Assembly (NCBI GenBank): GCA_965277805.1
Contig: OZ255842.1
Location: 2,144,001 to 2,208,000, forward strand
Reading direction: 5' to 3'
Source: Candidatus Lustribacter sp.
Lineage (GTDB): Bacteria; Vulcanimicrobiota; Vulcanimicrobiia; Vulcanimicrobiales; Vulcanimicrobiaceae
Length of the DNA stretch: 64,000 nucleotides
This document shows positions 17,270-25,995 of the stretch, piece by piece. The position numbers and the translations under genes were made by a program. The notes beneath the pieces were generated by a model. That model was not told where the DNA came from, made no database searches, and saw only the letters and a list, made by a program, of their open reading frames with translations. The first letter of the stretch is position 1. The number at the start of each line of letters is the position of its first letter.

Positions 17270-18463
17270 ATGATGCATGCCGTCTCGTTCCGCGCGCTCA
17301 TCGCGCTCTCGCTCCTCACGGTTCTGACCGTCTCCGCGAGCCCCGGCGCCCGGGCGCAAGACCGCGCCCCTTACGAGCTCAACGCCATCTTCGCCGTCAC
17401 CGGCCCGGCCGCGTTCATCGGCGGCCCCGCGGCCCAAGCCTTCAAAGTTATTGAGGGCTACGTAAATTCGACCGGCGGGATTCACGGCCGGCCGATTCAC
17501 ATGAACGTCCTCGACGACCAGACGAACCCGCAAGTCGCGGTGCAGCTCGTCAACGGCCTTGCTGCGAAACACGTCGCGGTCTTCATCGGACCCATGGCGA
17601 CCGCGTCATGCAACGCGGTGGTCGGCCTCATCTCGAACGGCCCGGTCGCGTATTGCGTCTCGCCGTTCATCAACCCGCCCTCAGGCGGCTTTATGTTCGT
17701 CCAAGGCGGCTCACCGATCGACGGCGGCGTCGTCACGCTGCGCTATCTCAAGGAGCGCGGATTGAAGCGCGTCGCGATGCTCGATGCAACCGACGCGACC
17801 GGACAGGCCCTCGACCGTGCAACAGAAGCGGCGTTCAGCTACCCCGAATTCCGCTCGATGCAGCTGGTCTCGCACTTGCACTTCTCACCGCAAGACGTCA
17901 GCGTCACGGCTCAGGTCTCACAGATCAAGGCCGCGAACCCGCAGGCACTAATAAGCTGGAACTTGGGAACCGCGTTCGGCACAGTCGCACACGGACTGCA
18001 CGACGCAGGCCTCGACAACTTACCGTTGGTCGTTGCCGGCGGCAACGCGAGCGCCAACCAAATCAAGGCGCTCGGCGGCTTCACGCCGACCGACATGCAC
18101 TTTCTGGTCAGCCCGCTGTGGGCGCAAGATTCGCGCGTTCCCAAAGACGTGAAGGATCAGGAAGCCCTCTTCGCGCGCGTGATGCACGACGCAAATTTGC
18201 CGAGCGACGGCGCCTACGCGAGCGACTGGGACATCACGATGGTCGTGATCGACGCGTTGCGCCACTTACCGCCCGATCCGACCGCCGAACAAATTCGCAA
18301 CTACATCTCGCACATCAGCCACTTCGTCAGCACGAACGGCACCTACGACTTCCGCTTCGGCAACCAAAGCGGCGCCGGCCAAACCATCTTCATCCTCGTC
18401 CACTGGGACCCCAAAAACAACCGCTTCAGCGCCTCCAGCCAAACCGGAGGCCACCCGCTCTAG
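17270..18463 (+). CDS. Orphan ABC substrate-binding protein (LivK-like)
   Basis: Signal peptide, VTGPAAFIG, NSTGGIHGRP, DDQTNPQVAVQL. Confidence 0.9.
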   Translation: MMHAVSFRALIALSLLTVLTVSASPGARAQDRAPYELNAIFAVTGPAAFIGGPAAQAFKVIEGYVNSTGGIHGRPIHMNVLDDQTNPQVAVQLVNGLAAKHVAVFIGPMATASCNAVVGLISNGPVAYCVSPFINPPSGGFMFVQGGSPIDGGVVTLRYLKERGLKRVAMLDATDATGQALDRATEAAFSYPEFRSMQLVSHLHFSPQDVSVTAQVSQIKAANPQALISWNLGTAFGTVAHGLHDAGLDNLPLVVAGGNASANQIKALGGFTPTDMHFLVSPLWAQDSRVPKDVKDQEALFARVMHDANLPSDGAYASDWDITMVVIDALRHLPPDPTAEQIRNYISHISHFVSTNGTYDFRFGNQSGAGQTIFILVHWDPKNNRFSASSQTGGHPL

Positions 18464-20376
18464 GCACTGTCATCCCGAGCTTGTCGAGGGACCGGCCAAC
18501 CGTTATTCGCGAGAAACTTCGACGGCACGAACAGCGGCATCCCATCCTCCCACATGCTATCCGTGAGCGGCCGCTTTCCACTTCCGTCGGCATTCATCAC
18601 CCAAATCTGCCCATACGGCTGGAACGTCGCATCGTAGAGCGTCGCCTCATTCCGGAATCCATACGACCCGGTGTTATAGGCAAGCTTCCCATCCCACGTC
18701 CAAACCGCGTGCGCGTTGTTCGCGCCGCCACTCGTCAACTGCGTCAGTCCCGTCCCGTCCGGCCGTATCGTATACACGTCGAACGACGTATACGTCACCT
18801 TGCGCGTGAATGCGATCAGCTTCCCATCCGGCGACCACTGAGGCAGGTTGTCGAACTGGTTCGTCAGCTCGCGAATATTGCGGGTCTGCAGATCGAGGAT
18901 GCGCAGCCCGCCGCTGGTTTCATTCCAAACGCGAAAAACGATATACCGGCCATCGGCACTATAACTCGGAAAGCCGGCGTTGATCGAGGCATCGGTCAGC
19001 GCCTCCGCACCCGAGCCGTCGCGTCGGCAGCGCCACAACACGGCCTTGCCGGTTGCACGCGCCGTAAGAAATCCGCCGACGCCGAATGCAAGCCACTCCC
19101 CGTCGGGTGACCACGCCGGCTGAAACGCTCCCGCCTGCCCCCGCGCCAGCATTTGCGGGTCTTGCCCGTGATCGACGGGATCGTATACCTTTCGCTTCGT
19201 CGTTGAATCGTAGTTCATGAGCACGACGGACGAGTCACCGAGTTGTTTCTGCGTGATCACCATCTCGCCGTTGCGCGAGAGCGCCGGGAAGACGTCGGTA
19301 TGGCGGTATTCCCAGCCGGGATCCCAGCCGTAGAGCTTCTTGCCGAACGGTCGGACCGGATTCATGCTCTGCTTTTCGTACACGACAAGCTTGCCGTCGG
19401 GTGACCATGCTGGAGAACGCAGCTGCCGCTTCAGCGGCGCTACCGCCGCCGAACTATAGGCGAGTCCCTCATCGGGGGTGTACTTTACTTGCCACGCAAG
19501 CAGATCGGGTGCCAGCCAATGCGGTGCCAGACGCAAACCGGGGCCTTGGCTGTGCTCAAGCCGCGCGCCGGTGTCCACGTTGACCGACACAATCTGCGAG
19601 GCCACTTTGCCCGCAGCTTCGGGACGATGCGCGCCCCACGTGCCTTCGGTCGTGATCTCGTAGTACGCGATACGCGTGCCGTCCGGCGACCACGCGGGCG
19701 AACCCAAGCTGAATCCCGGCTTGGTCGCTACCTGGCGAAAGCCGCTGCCGTCGGGCCGGATCACGTAGATGCTCAGCTCTTGCGTGTTCTCCCAGCCCTT
19801 ACCGTCGTCGTGGCCGCGCCACGCGGTGTTGCGGTCACTCGAGAAGGCAATCCACGTACCGTCGGGCGACCAAGCCGGTTTGAAAAAGCCGTCAGGTTTC
19901 GTCTGATCGCCCTGCACTTGCTTCGCACCGGTCAGGTTGCGCAGCCGCCCCGTGGCGATATCCATCGTCCAGATATTTGCGCGGTAGGTGTCACGCGTCG
20001 ACACGAACGCCAGCGTCCGACCGTCGGGCGACATCGCCGCGCCGTCCTCGACGGCCGGGCTCGCCGCGAGCGGCCGCATATTCGAACCGTCGAGATCGCA
20101 GCGAAAGATATCCGCTTGCCCGTCGCCGCTACGCTCGGACGTAAACACGATGCCGCGGCCGTCGGGCGTAAAGCGCGCGTGATAGTCGAAGCCGATCGTC
20201 GGAAGCAGCTTGCGCTCGCCCGAACCGTCGGCATTCGCAATGTACAGATCGGACACCGTCGGCGCGATGCGATTCATGTACATCACGCCGAGTTTCGCCG
20301 GCTGCGCCTGCGCCGGCGCGGCTTGCATCGCCAATGCCGTCAGCGGCACGGCTGAAATAAACGTGCGACGATCCAT
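18460..20376 (-). CDS. TolB-like PD40/WD40 beta-propeller protein, Tat-exported
   Basis: MDRRTFI Tat motif; many PAWSPDG/FSSDR repeats; the last codons run through a REP copy (VPRQARDD). Confidence 0.92.
   Translation of the reverse strand: MDRRTFISAVPLTALAMQAAPAQAQPAKLGVMYMNRIAPTVSDLYIANADGSGERKLLPTIGFDYHARFTPDGRGIVFTSERSGDGQADIFRCDLDGSNMRPLAASPAVEDGAAMSPDGRTLAFVSTRDTYRANIWTMDIATGRLRNLTGAKQVQGDQTKPDGFFKPAWSPDGTWIAFSSDRNTAWRGHDDGKGWENTQELSIYVIRPDGSGFRQVATKPGFSLGSPAWSPDGTRIAYYEITTEGTWGAHRPEAAGKVASQIVSVNVDTGARLEHSQGPGLRLAPHWLAPDLLAWQVKYTPDEGLAYSSAAVAPLKRQLRSPAWSPDGKLVVYEKQSMNPVRPFGKKLYGWDPGWEYRHTDVFPALSRNGEMVITQKQLGDSSVVLMNYDSTTKRKVYDPVDHGQDPQMLARGQAGAFQPAWSPDGEWLAFGVGGFLTARATGKAVLWRCRRDGSGAEALTDASINAGFPSYSADGRYIVFRVWNETSGGLRILDLQTRNIRELTNQFDNLPQWSPDGKLIAFTRKVTYTSFDVYTIRPDGTGLTQLTSGGANNAHAVWTWDGKLAYNTGSYGFRNEATLYDATFQPYGQIWVMNADGSGKRPLTDSMWEDGMPLFVPSKFLANNGWPVPRQARDDSA
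18468..18494 (+). repeat. REP-like palindrome, short type (TGTCATCCCGAGCTTGTCGAGGGACCG)
   Basis: Near-identical to the copies at 21370, 27576, 46192, 52691 and 62647. Confidence 0.9.
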
Positions 20377-20484
20377 AGATCACTCCCATGTAGCCTGAGG
20401 CGGCTACGGTGACCGGCCCGTTACGCATCTCTGCGCGGCAGTCCCACCCTCACATCGAAAGTCGAATCATGCCGGTGGCGCAGC

Positions 20485-21279
20485 TTATCGCTGGGGCAAG
20501 CGCGCCTCGTAGCCCTCCCAGGGCTTATCCGGCTTTTGCTCGGTGTCGTAGGCCGCCCGTTCGGCAGCGTTGAGAACGACCAGATGCCGACTGAGCGCCA
20601 GCGCGGCCATCTCGGCGCGCGCGTCAATATCGGTATAAATCGCCCGGACGGTGGCTTCTTTCACGCTCGGCCCGACGATCGTATCGCCGTGCCCGCGCAT
20701 CAAGACGACGGGGTTTTCGCCAAGCGCACGCGCCAACGCATCGCCGGTCGCCGCATCGCGCACGAGCATCCCTTTCTCAACGCCCGGAACGTTCCGTATT
20801 TCGAAGACGGGCGTAACGTCCGGCAGAAAGCCCGCTTGTCCAATAACCGGACGAAGCGGCGTGCCGCTGATCGGCAGCGGCAACACCGCCGGATCGTGCG
20901 TGTGGATCACCGACACCACATCCGGTCGCGCCAAATAAATGCGGCAATGAATGAAGCGTTCACCATTGAGCTGCACTGCCGAACGATTGACGGTCTCGCA
21001 CGTGGCGGCATCGAGCTCGACGATGTCACCACGCTGCACATCCCCCGGCGAAATCGCGCGCGGCATGAAGAGATGCTGCGGATTCTTGACCGAACGCACC
21101 GACGCATGCCCCCGGCTATCCATGACGCCCTCGTTCGCAAGAATGTGACTCGCCGTAATGAGATCCTGAATATTCGCTTCATCCGGATCACTCGCCACCG
21201 CCTGCTGCTGAGCCGAACCAACCCGCACCATTAGCGCAAGAACCAACAAAGCAATCAAAGCAACAGAACGCAAGCGCAT
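20485..21279 (-). CDS. Class II aldolase/adducin family protein with a Sec-type signal peptide
   Basis: MRLRSVALIALLVLALMVRVGSA signal; DSRGHASVR, ERFIH, IHTH, VLMRGHG. Upstream in-frame ATGs come from the tandem repeat. Confidence 0.88.
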   Translation of the reverse strand: MRLRSVALIALLVLALMVRVGSAQQQAVASDPDEANIQDLITASHILANEGVMDSRGHASVRSVKNPQHLFMPRAISPGDVQRGDIVELDAATCETVNRSAVQLNGERFIHCRIYLARPDVVSVIHTHDPAVLPLPISGTPLRPVIGQAGFLPDVTPVFEIRNVPGVEKGMLVRDAATGDALARALGENPVVLMRGHGDTIVGPSVKEATVRAIYTDIDARAEMAALALSRHLVVLNAAERAAYDTEQKPDKPWEGYEARLPQR

Positions 21280-21285
21280 TTTTTC

Positions 21286-21403
21286 TGTCATCCCGAGCTT
21301 CACTTTTGTCATCCCGAGCTGCATCTTTGTCATCCCGAGCCGCATCTTTGTCATCCCGAGCCGCATCTTTGTCATCCCGAGCTTGTCGAGGGACCGCCAC
21401 AAT
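21286..21403 (+). repeat. Tandem array of five 21-bp units (TGTCATCCCGAGC + 8 nt) ending in a full REP copy (21370-21403)
   Basis: Unit starts at 21286, 21307, 21328, 21349 and 21370. Confidence 0.95.
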
Positions 21404-21423
21404 CCCTCATTACGCAAGAACCG

Positions 21424-22155
21424 TTACGAAAACGCTTTCACCAAGAGCGCAATCCCAATCACGACCATAAACACAACAAACGCAAGCCGCAACTGACGCT
21501 CCGGCAAGCGATGCGCAAGATCAACCCCGAACCGCACCGCAAACACCCCGCCAACCGCCAGCGGCACCGCGACTCCCCAATCGACATCACCCTTCGACGC
21601 ATAGGCAAACGTCGTCAACGTACCCGACAAGACTGAGAACGCAAGCGACATCCCTTGCGCCGCGACCTGCGTGTAGCCAAAGAGCATCGTCATCGCCGGA
21701 ACGGCAACGATCGCACCGCCAATCCCAAACAGCCCGGAGCAGACCCCACACACCGCGCCGACAACACCGACAAACGGCCACGGCAACACCGCCACCGTTT
21801 CCGGCGTGCGGCGAGACAACGCCCGGCGCGCGATGTCGATCGCGATCAAAATGAGAAAGACGGCGAATCCGATGCGCAGTTCGCGGCTTGCAAGCGAGGT
21901 CGCGAAGAGCGCGCTCGCATACGTAAACGGCAGCGCGGTCACCCCAAGCAGCGCCGCCGCCCGCACATCGAGACCGACCTTCTGCGCATACCCCACCAAC
22001 GCGATGATGACATTCGGCATCGCCATGACGAGCGCCGTGCCTTGCGCGAGCTGCTCCGTTAAGCCAAAGACGATCCCGAGCGCCGGGATTGCGAGCGTCG
22101 CCCCGCCGATACCGAAGAGGCCGCCCAAAAAGCCGCAGAGTCCGCCGAGCACCAC
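21424..22155 (-). CDS. Sulfite exporter TauE/SafE family membrane protein
   Basis: Duplicated GxxGGLFGIGG...AQGTAL / SGLFGIGG...AQGMSL motifs; start uncertain. Confidence 0.9.
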   Translation of the reverse strand: MVLGGLCGFLGGLFGIGGATLAIPALGIVFGLTEQLAQGTALVMAMPNVIIALVGYAQKVGLDVRAAALLGVTALPFTYASALFATSLASRELRIGFAVFLILIAIDIARRALSRRTPETVAVLPWPFVGVVGAVCGVCSGLFGIGGAIVAVPAMTMLFGYTQVAAQGMSLAFSVLSGTLTTFAYASKGDVDWGVAVPLAVGGVFAVRFGVDLAHRLPERQLRLAFVVFMVVIGIALLVKAFS

Positions 22156-22198
22156 GAACTCGGCGGCTCGCGCAACCGCGATCAGGAGGAAGGTTCCG

Positions 22199-23161
22199 TT
22201 AGCGACTCATCGCGGCAAAGAAGTCGGCTTTGGCACGCGGGACTTCCGTTTGCCAAAACTGTTTCATGTCGTCCGGAATCGGAACGCCGTTGGGGAAATG
22301 CGTGAGCGGCTGCCACGATGTCTTGTTGTCGAGATCGTCGAGACACGTGGCGAGTTCCGCCTGCATGCGCTCGGGCGGGAAACCGATGCTTCCGCCATGT
22401 CCGGCTAAGAGAAAATTGAAGCGGAAATCCTGGAGCCGGCGCAGCGACCGGCGCTGCATGTCCCAATCATCCCAGCAGCGCAACGGATTCGTCCACAACT
22501 TCTTCTCGTCGATCAGCCAGTTCAGCGAATCGCCGACGAACAACCGCTCGTCGATGAGAAACGCGACGCTGCCGATCGTATGCCCGGGAATCGGAATGAT
22601 CGTCACGCCCGGAATCGGTTCCGTGATGTCATAGCCGGTCAGGATGTCGGTCGCCTCGGGCGAGGCTTCGCGATCGTTCTCATGGATCCACAACCGCGCG
22701 CCGAACTTCTGGGCGTACTTCGCCGACGCGCCGACGTCATCGCGATGCGTCAAGAGCACGTGATCGAGCCCGCCCTGCTGCTCGAAAAACTCGACCAGCT
22801 TGCCGACGTAGCGCGGCCCGTCGATCAAGATGTTCAAACCGGTGCTCGTGCGGATGAAAAACGGATGCGCACCGGCGGTCGCGTTATCGTTATAGCCGAG
22901 CCGGTAGAGATTGGGCGCGAGCTCCTGCGGAAAAACGTGGTCGGGCATCGGCAGGCCGTGCGGCGCCAAGATCGAGCCGGTCGGACACGCGAGCGCCGCG
23001 CGCCAGACTTGCATCTCTTCGTCCGGCGTTTCCGGTTGCCGCACGAAGATTGCTTTGCCGTCCTTGCCGGCAGCGATCATCCCCGGGGCCATATTCCAAG
23101 CCGCCCGGCAAATACGGCATGTGGGCGTGGTTGTCCAGACCGTGCGATCGATTGTTTCCAT
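22199..23161 (-). CDS. Ferredoxin-like domain fused to an MBL-fold metallo-hydrolase
   Basis: CRIC...ACPTGSI N-terminal domain; LTHRDDVG, PGHTIGS, GDS, AGHG; GGAGG RBS before ATG 23161. Confidence 0.9.
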   Translation of the reverse strand: METIDRTVWTTTPTCRICRAAWNMAPGMIAAGKDGKAIFVRQPETPDEEMQVWRAALACPTGSILAPHGLPMPDHVFPQELAPNLYRLGYNDNATAGAHPFFIRTSTGLNILIDGPRYVGKLVEFFEQQGGLDHVLLTHRDDVGASAKYAQKFGARLWIHENDREASPEATDILTGYDITEPIPGVTIIPIPGHTIGSVAFLIDERLFVGDSLNWLIDEKKLWTNPLRCWDDWDMQRRSLRRLQDFRFNFLLAGHGGSIGFPPERMQAELATCLDDLDNKTSWQPLTHFPNGVPIPDDMKQFWQTEVPRAKADFFAAMSR

Positions 23162-23234
23162 AGTCGTCCTCCCCCGAACTCTGTTCGGCCGCCGGTACAA
23201 AGGTTCATTGCATGAACGGCGTAATCGGGAATCC

Positions 23235-24476
23235 ATGAGCACGACGCAACCCCGCCCCACCGCTTCGTACGACGTCGGCGGCGTGAACCTGCCGCGTCCG
23301 TTCCGCGTCCGCCGCATCGGCCACTTAGGGATCAATGTCGACCGCATGGACGAGCAGTTGGAGTTCTACACCAAGCGACTCGGGCTGCGCGTCTCAGACC
23401 CGCTCAACTTCGGCCAGCGCCTGCCGCCTGAAGAGCAGGTAAAGCACAAATATCACACCGGCTACTTCCTGCGCCACGGTACCGACCACCACTCGTTCGT
23501 GCTCTTCCCGCGTTCGACGTACGAAGCGATGGCCGCGATGCGCGGCGGACGTTCCGATTCCCGCGTCACGACGAACCAGATCACGTGGCAAGTCGGCAGC
23601 TTGCGCGAAACCGTCGACGGCGCCGCGTATCTCGAGGAACACGGTTCGCACGTCACGCGCACCGGGCGCGATACGCCGGGTTCGAACTGGCACGTCTATC
23701 CGCTCGGCCCTGAGAATTTCGTCAACGAACTCTACTACGGCATTGAACAGATCGGCTGGGACGGCGAGAGCAAGCCCGAAGCGATGCATCAGATCAAGTA
23801 CACCGAAGCACCGCCGCTGCCGCATCGCTCCGAGTCGGCCGAAATCTTGGCCGCCACGGCCGCCGGCGTCGACATCGCATCGGGCGTGCGCACGTTCGAA
23901 ACCGAGGAAGAACGCTACGACGTCAGCGGCATCTTGCTCGGCCGTCCGTTCAAAGTCACGCGCGTCGGACCGGTGCGCCTCTTCCTCGAAGACGTCGCCG
24001 CGGCCATCCCGTTCTACCGCGACGTCTTAGGCCTCGCCGTTACGGAAGAGGTCACCTGGAACGGACATCGCTGCGTGTTCCTTCGCGCCAACACCGAACA
24101 CCACTCGATTGCGCTCTATCCCGTCGCCCTGCGCGACGAACTCGGCCTACGCGCCGATAGCAAACTCTTCTCCATCGGCTTCCAAGTCGCCGACTACCGC
24201 CAGCTGCGCGATGCATTGCAATACTTCCGCGACGCCGGCACAACCGTGCGCGAACTTCCCGTCGAATTATTCCCCGGCATCGACTACAGCGCGTTCGTCC
24301 TCGACGCCGACGGCAACGCCGTGCAGCTCTACTACTACATGGAGCAAATCGGCTGGGACGGAAAACCGCGCACCGCCGCGCAACGCCGCAAGGTCGTCCC
24401 CGGCGAATGGCCCGCATCCCTCGACGCCATGGGCGACACGTTCCTAGGCGAACCCTACCTCGGCCCCTGGGGCTAA
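23235..24476 (+). CDS. Two-repeat VOC (glyoxalase/extradiol dioxygenase) family protein
   Basis: Internal duplication RPF..R.G / FLR..T.HHS / LYY..EQIGWDG; start reassigned to ATG 23235. Confidence 0.88.
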   Translation: MSTTQPRPTASYDVGGVNLPRPFRVRRIGHLGINVDRMDEQLEFYTKRLGLRVSDPLNFGQRLPPEEQVKHKYHTGYFLRHGTDHHSFVLFPRSTYEAMAAMRGGRSDSRVTTNQITWQVGSLRETVDGAAYLEEHGSHVTRTGRDTPGSNWHVYPLGPENFVNELYYGIEQIGWDGESKPEAMHQIKYTEAPPLPHRSESAEILAATAAGVDIASGVRTFETEEERYDVSGILLGRPFKVTRVGPVRLFLEDVAAAIPFYRDVLGLAVTEEVTWNGHRCVFLRANTEHHSIALYPVALRDELGLRADSKLFSIGFQVADYRQLRDALQYFRDAGTTVRELPVELFPGIDYSAFVLDADGNAVQLYYYMEQIGWDGKPRTAAQRRKVVPGEWPASLDAMGDTFLGEPYLGPWG

Positions 24477-24504
24477 AAAAGTGAGGCAAGAAGACACGCC
24501 TCGC
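24475..24504 (-). terminator. Probable intrinsic terminator of the iclR-like transcript
   Basis: GTGAGGC-N10-GCCTCGC stem preceded by AAAAAA on + (U-tract on -), between convergent genes. Confidence 0.45.
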
Positions 24505-24549
24505 GCCCACGGCCATCGGCTACTCAAGCGAACGTGACCTTTTTATCTC

Positions 24550-24592
24550 TGTCGTCCTGAGCGGAGCGCCGACGGGCGCGCAGACGAAGAAC
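24550..24592 (+). repeat. REP-like palindrome, long type with inner GCGCC-GACG-GGCGC hairpin (diverged)
   Basis: TGTCGTCCTGAGCGGAGCGCCGACGGGCGCGCAGACGAAGAAC, homologous to the 43043 copy. Confidence 0.8.
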
Positions 24593-24643
24593 GCGAGAGC
24601 ATCTTGCATATGCGCCAGGGCAACGCCACGAACGGGCAGTGCG

Positions 24644-25408
24644 CTACCGAATCGCGCTACCCGCAGCCTTACAAGCACTACGTAACGCTGCCACCATCCG
24701 CGCCCGATCGCTCGTACGAAACCGGGCCTGCGGTCCCGAAATCGTCATCGCCCCACGCAGCTCACCAGTGCGACTCATCACCGCGCAGCTCAACGCATAC
24801 AATCCAGGCTCACTCTCCGCATCGTTGATGGCAAACCCGCGCTCGCGCACAAGTTGCAAATCCCGCAACAGCGCCGTCCGCGTGCGAATGGTCCGCCGCG
24901 TCAGCGCAGGCAACGCCTCACGCGGATAACGCTCGCGGACAGCAGCATCGCCCAGAACCGCAAGCATGGCCTTCCCACCCGACGTAGCGTGCGCCGCGAG
25001 CACCGTGCCGGTGCGATTCCCCGCTCGCAGCGCCCTCGTCGACTCCACCCCGCCAAGAAACACAACGTCGGCACCGCGCAGCGTACACACGTGCACCGTC
25101 TCGCCGAACGTCGACGCGAGCGTCTCCAAATGCGGTCGCACGGCACTCTGCACGTCATCGTTCGCCGCAACCACGCTGCCCAGCGCAACGAGCGCAGGCC
25201 CAGCATGGTAGGCCCGCGTGTTCTCGTTCTGCACGACAAACTCGAAGTGCGCCAACATCGCGAGCAACCGGTGCGCGGTCGAACGCGCGACGCCGAGGAG
25301 GCGGCTCGCTTCGGTAACCCCGATCGACGGCCGCTCCCGAAACTCCAGCAACAACTGGAGGGCATTACCGACCGCCTCGACCGGGTACCGCGGCGCCGTA
25401 TTCTGCAT
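24644..25408 (-). CDS. IclR family transcriptional regulator
   Basis: GVTEASRLLGVARSTAHRLL HTH, GETVH, HATSGGKAMLA, VRERGFAINDAE. Confidence 0.94.
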   Translation of the reverse strand: MQNTAPRYPVEAVGNALQLLLEFRERPSIGVTEASRLLGVARSTAHRLLAMLAHFEFVVQNENTRAYHAGPALVALGSVVAANDDVQSAVRPHLETLASTFGETVHVCTLRGADVVFLGGVESTRALRAGNRTGTVLAAHATSGGKAMLAVLGDAAVRERYPREALPALTRRTIRTRTALLRDLQLVRERGFAINDAESEPGLYALSCAVMSRTGELRGAMTISGPQARFRTSDRARMVAALRSACKAAGSAIR

Positions 25409-25437
25409 ACCAGAACGTTTCGTTCCCCTACGGAGAA
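25401..25437. promoter_or_regulatory. Two tandem IclR-type operators (TTCTG-N5-CAGAA 25401-25415; TTCCC-N5-GAGAA 25423-25437)
   Basis: TTC-N9-GAA palindromes; the first overlaps the iclR start codon in the divergent region. Confidence 0.6.
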
Positions 25438-25479
25438 CGCCTCGTAGGGAAGCCGCTCGCCCTCGCGGGATGGGTGCGC

Positions 25480-25995
25480 ATGACGCCTCGCATCGCTTCA
25501 CTCGGCCACGTCGGGATCTTCGTCGACGACGTCGACCGCTCGCTGCGCTTCTACCGCGACCTGCTCGGCCTGACGCTGACCGACGCCGACGAAACCAACG
25601 GGATGTATTTTCTTTCATCGCGACCCGACGAAGAGCATCACGAATTTCTCGTCTGCCGCGGCCGCACGGCCGGGCGCGACGAACGCCTGATCCAGCAGGT
25701 CAGTTTTCGCTGCCCATCGCTACAAGACGTCGTGGCCTATTGGGAACGCTTGAAAGACGCCGGCGTAGAATTCGACCGCATCGTCTCGCACGGCAACGCC
25801 GTCGGCGTCTACTTCTTCGATCCCGACCACAACCGCTGCGAAGTTTACTGGCCGACCGGGCTGAAAGCGCGCCAGACGTTCCTGGCACAGATCGACCTCA
25901 CGCGCCCGGTCGACGAACTGATGACCGAGATCAAAGCGTACGTCGAGCGCTACGGCGAAACCGGCTACGTCGATCCCGAGCTGCTGCGCAATTGA
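25480..25995 (+). CDS. VOC family protein (single-domain catechol dioxygenase-like)
   Basis: LGHVGIFV, EHHE, SHGNAVGVYFFDPDHNRCEVY. Confidence 0.9.
   Translation: MTPRIASLGHVGIFVDDVDRSLRFYRDLLGLTLTDADETNGMYFLSSRPDEEHHEFLVCRGRTAGRDERLIQQVSFRCPSLQDVVAYWERLKDAGVEFDRIVSHGNAVGVYFFDPDHNRCEVYWPTGLKARQTFLAQIDLTRPVDELMTEIKAYVERYGETGYVDPELLRN

Noticed and set aside
17608-19110. Long alternative-frame ORFs (also 45723-47252, 28413-29708, 59490-60623, 14842-15915)
   Set aside because: Arg/Pro/His-rich shadows of well-supported genes in GC-rich DNA, with no motifs.
20390-20407. GTAGCC-TGAGGC-GGCTAC hairpin as a GTAG-type REP
   Set aside because: Single short copy; cannot be distinguished from a chance or 5'-leader hairpin.
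21286-21403. Possible mini-CRISPR array
   Set aside because: Repeats are 13 bp with 8-nt near-identical spacers, there are no cas genes, and it is a tandem duplication of a REP arm.
25218-25991. Apparent N-terminal fusions in the ORF track (781-aa MhpA-like, 558-aa LigB-like, 521-aa VOC, 390-aa cupin, 566-aa ALDH)
   Set aside because: The extensions overlap real upstream genes in other frames; better starts exist with stop/start overlaps or family-typical N-termini.
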